In this document: positions 34,556 through 34,653 of the stretch, piece after piece
Layout: every line of letters starts with the position of its first letter
Numbering within the stretch: position 1 is the first letter of the stretch
Source: a virus
Lineage: Duplodnaviria > Caudoviricetes
Length of the DNA stretch: 34,653 nucleotides
IMG/VR virus record: IMGVR_UViG_3300020045_004995
Coordinates: 1 to 34,653 of that record
Direction: 5' to 3' (one strand)
Program-made: the position numbers and the translations under genes
The notes under the pieces: generated by a model
Told to the model about the DNA's origin: nothing
Databases searched by the model: none
What the model saw: the letters and a program-made list of their open reading frames with translations, nothing else

Positions 34556-34653
34556 ATTTTCATTGTTTGTTACCATTATTACGATTTCTATCGGGTCATA
34601 TTTTAGTTTTACTGATGGGGAAATTAAAGTCTTTCCTAACGAACAGGTAGTTG
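34556..34653 (+). repeat. Exact 98-bp copy of 33736-33833 running to the contig end
   Basis: Base-by-base identity at an offset of 820 nt. Confidence 0.9.

Overview
This window is a ~34.7 kb AT-rich fragment of a large T4-like (gp43/gp2/gp54/gp26/gp51/dsbA/rnh-bearing) myophage genome, read almost entirely on the + strand. The left third is a rearranged core: a SleB-type cell-wall hydrolase, a family-B DNA polymerase, the DNA end protector, baseplate/tail genes, small terminase, an AAA+ ATPase, DsbA, a HAD nucleotidase and RNase H. The right two-thirds are mostly short early-type cassettes behind extended -10 promoters, plus auxiliary genes: YqeY, an L7/L12 C-terminal-domain protein, a TAXI solute-binding protein, CYTH, a PRPS+NAMPT pair resembling the NARP1 NAD+ reconstitution pathway, and a ThyX-like gene. 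The most striking locus is the polymerase, which is interrupted twice. It is split at the fingers tip into 43A (836-2497) and 43B (from 3768) by an antisense free-standing HNH endonuclease. 43B is then interrupted inside motif B by an ORF-less 251-nt group I (IA2-type) intron (3860-4110); splicing restores KVAANSFYG. Other candidate signals are a +1 frameshift site joining gp26 and gp51 just ahead of the putative tape measure, a two-gene cassette bounded by a perfect 20-bp direct repeat, helically phased intergenic motifs, and probable chimeric junctions at both contig ends. All family assignments come from motif recognition, not database searches.
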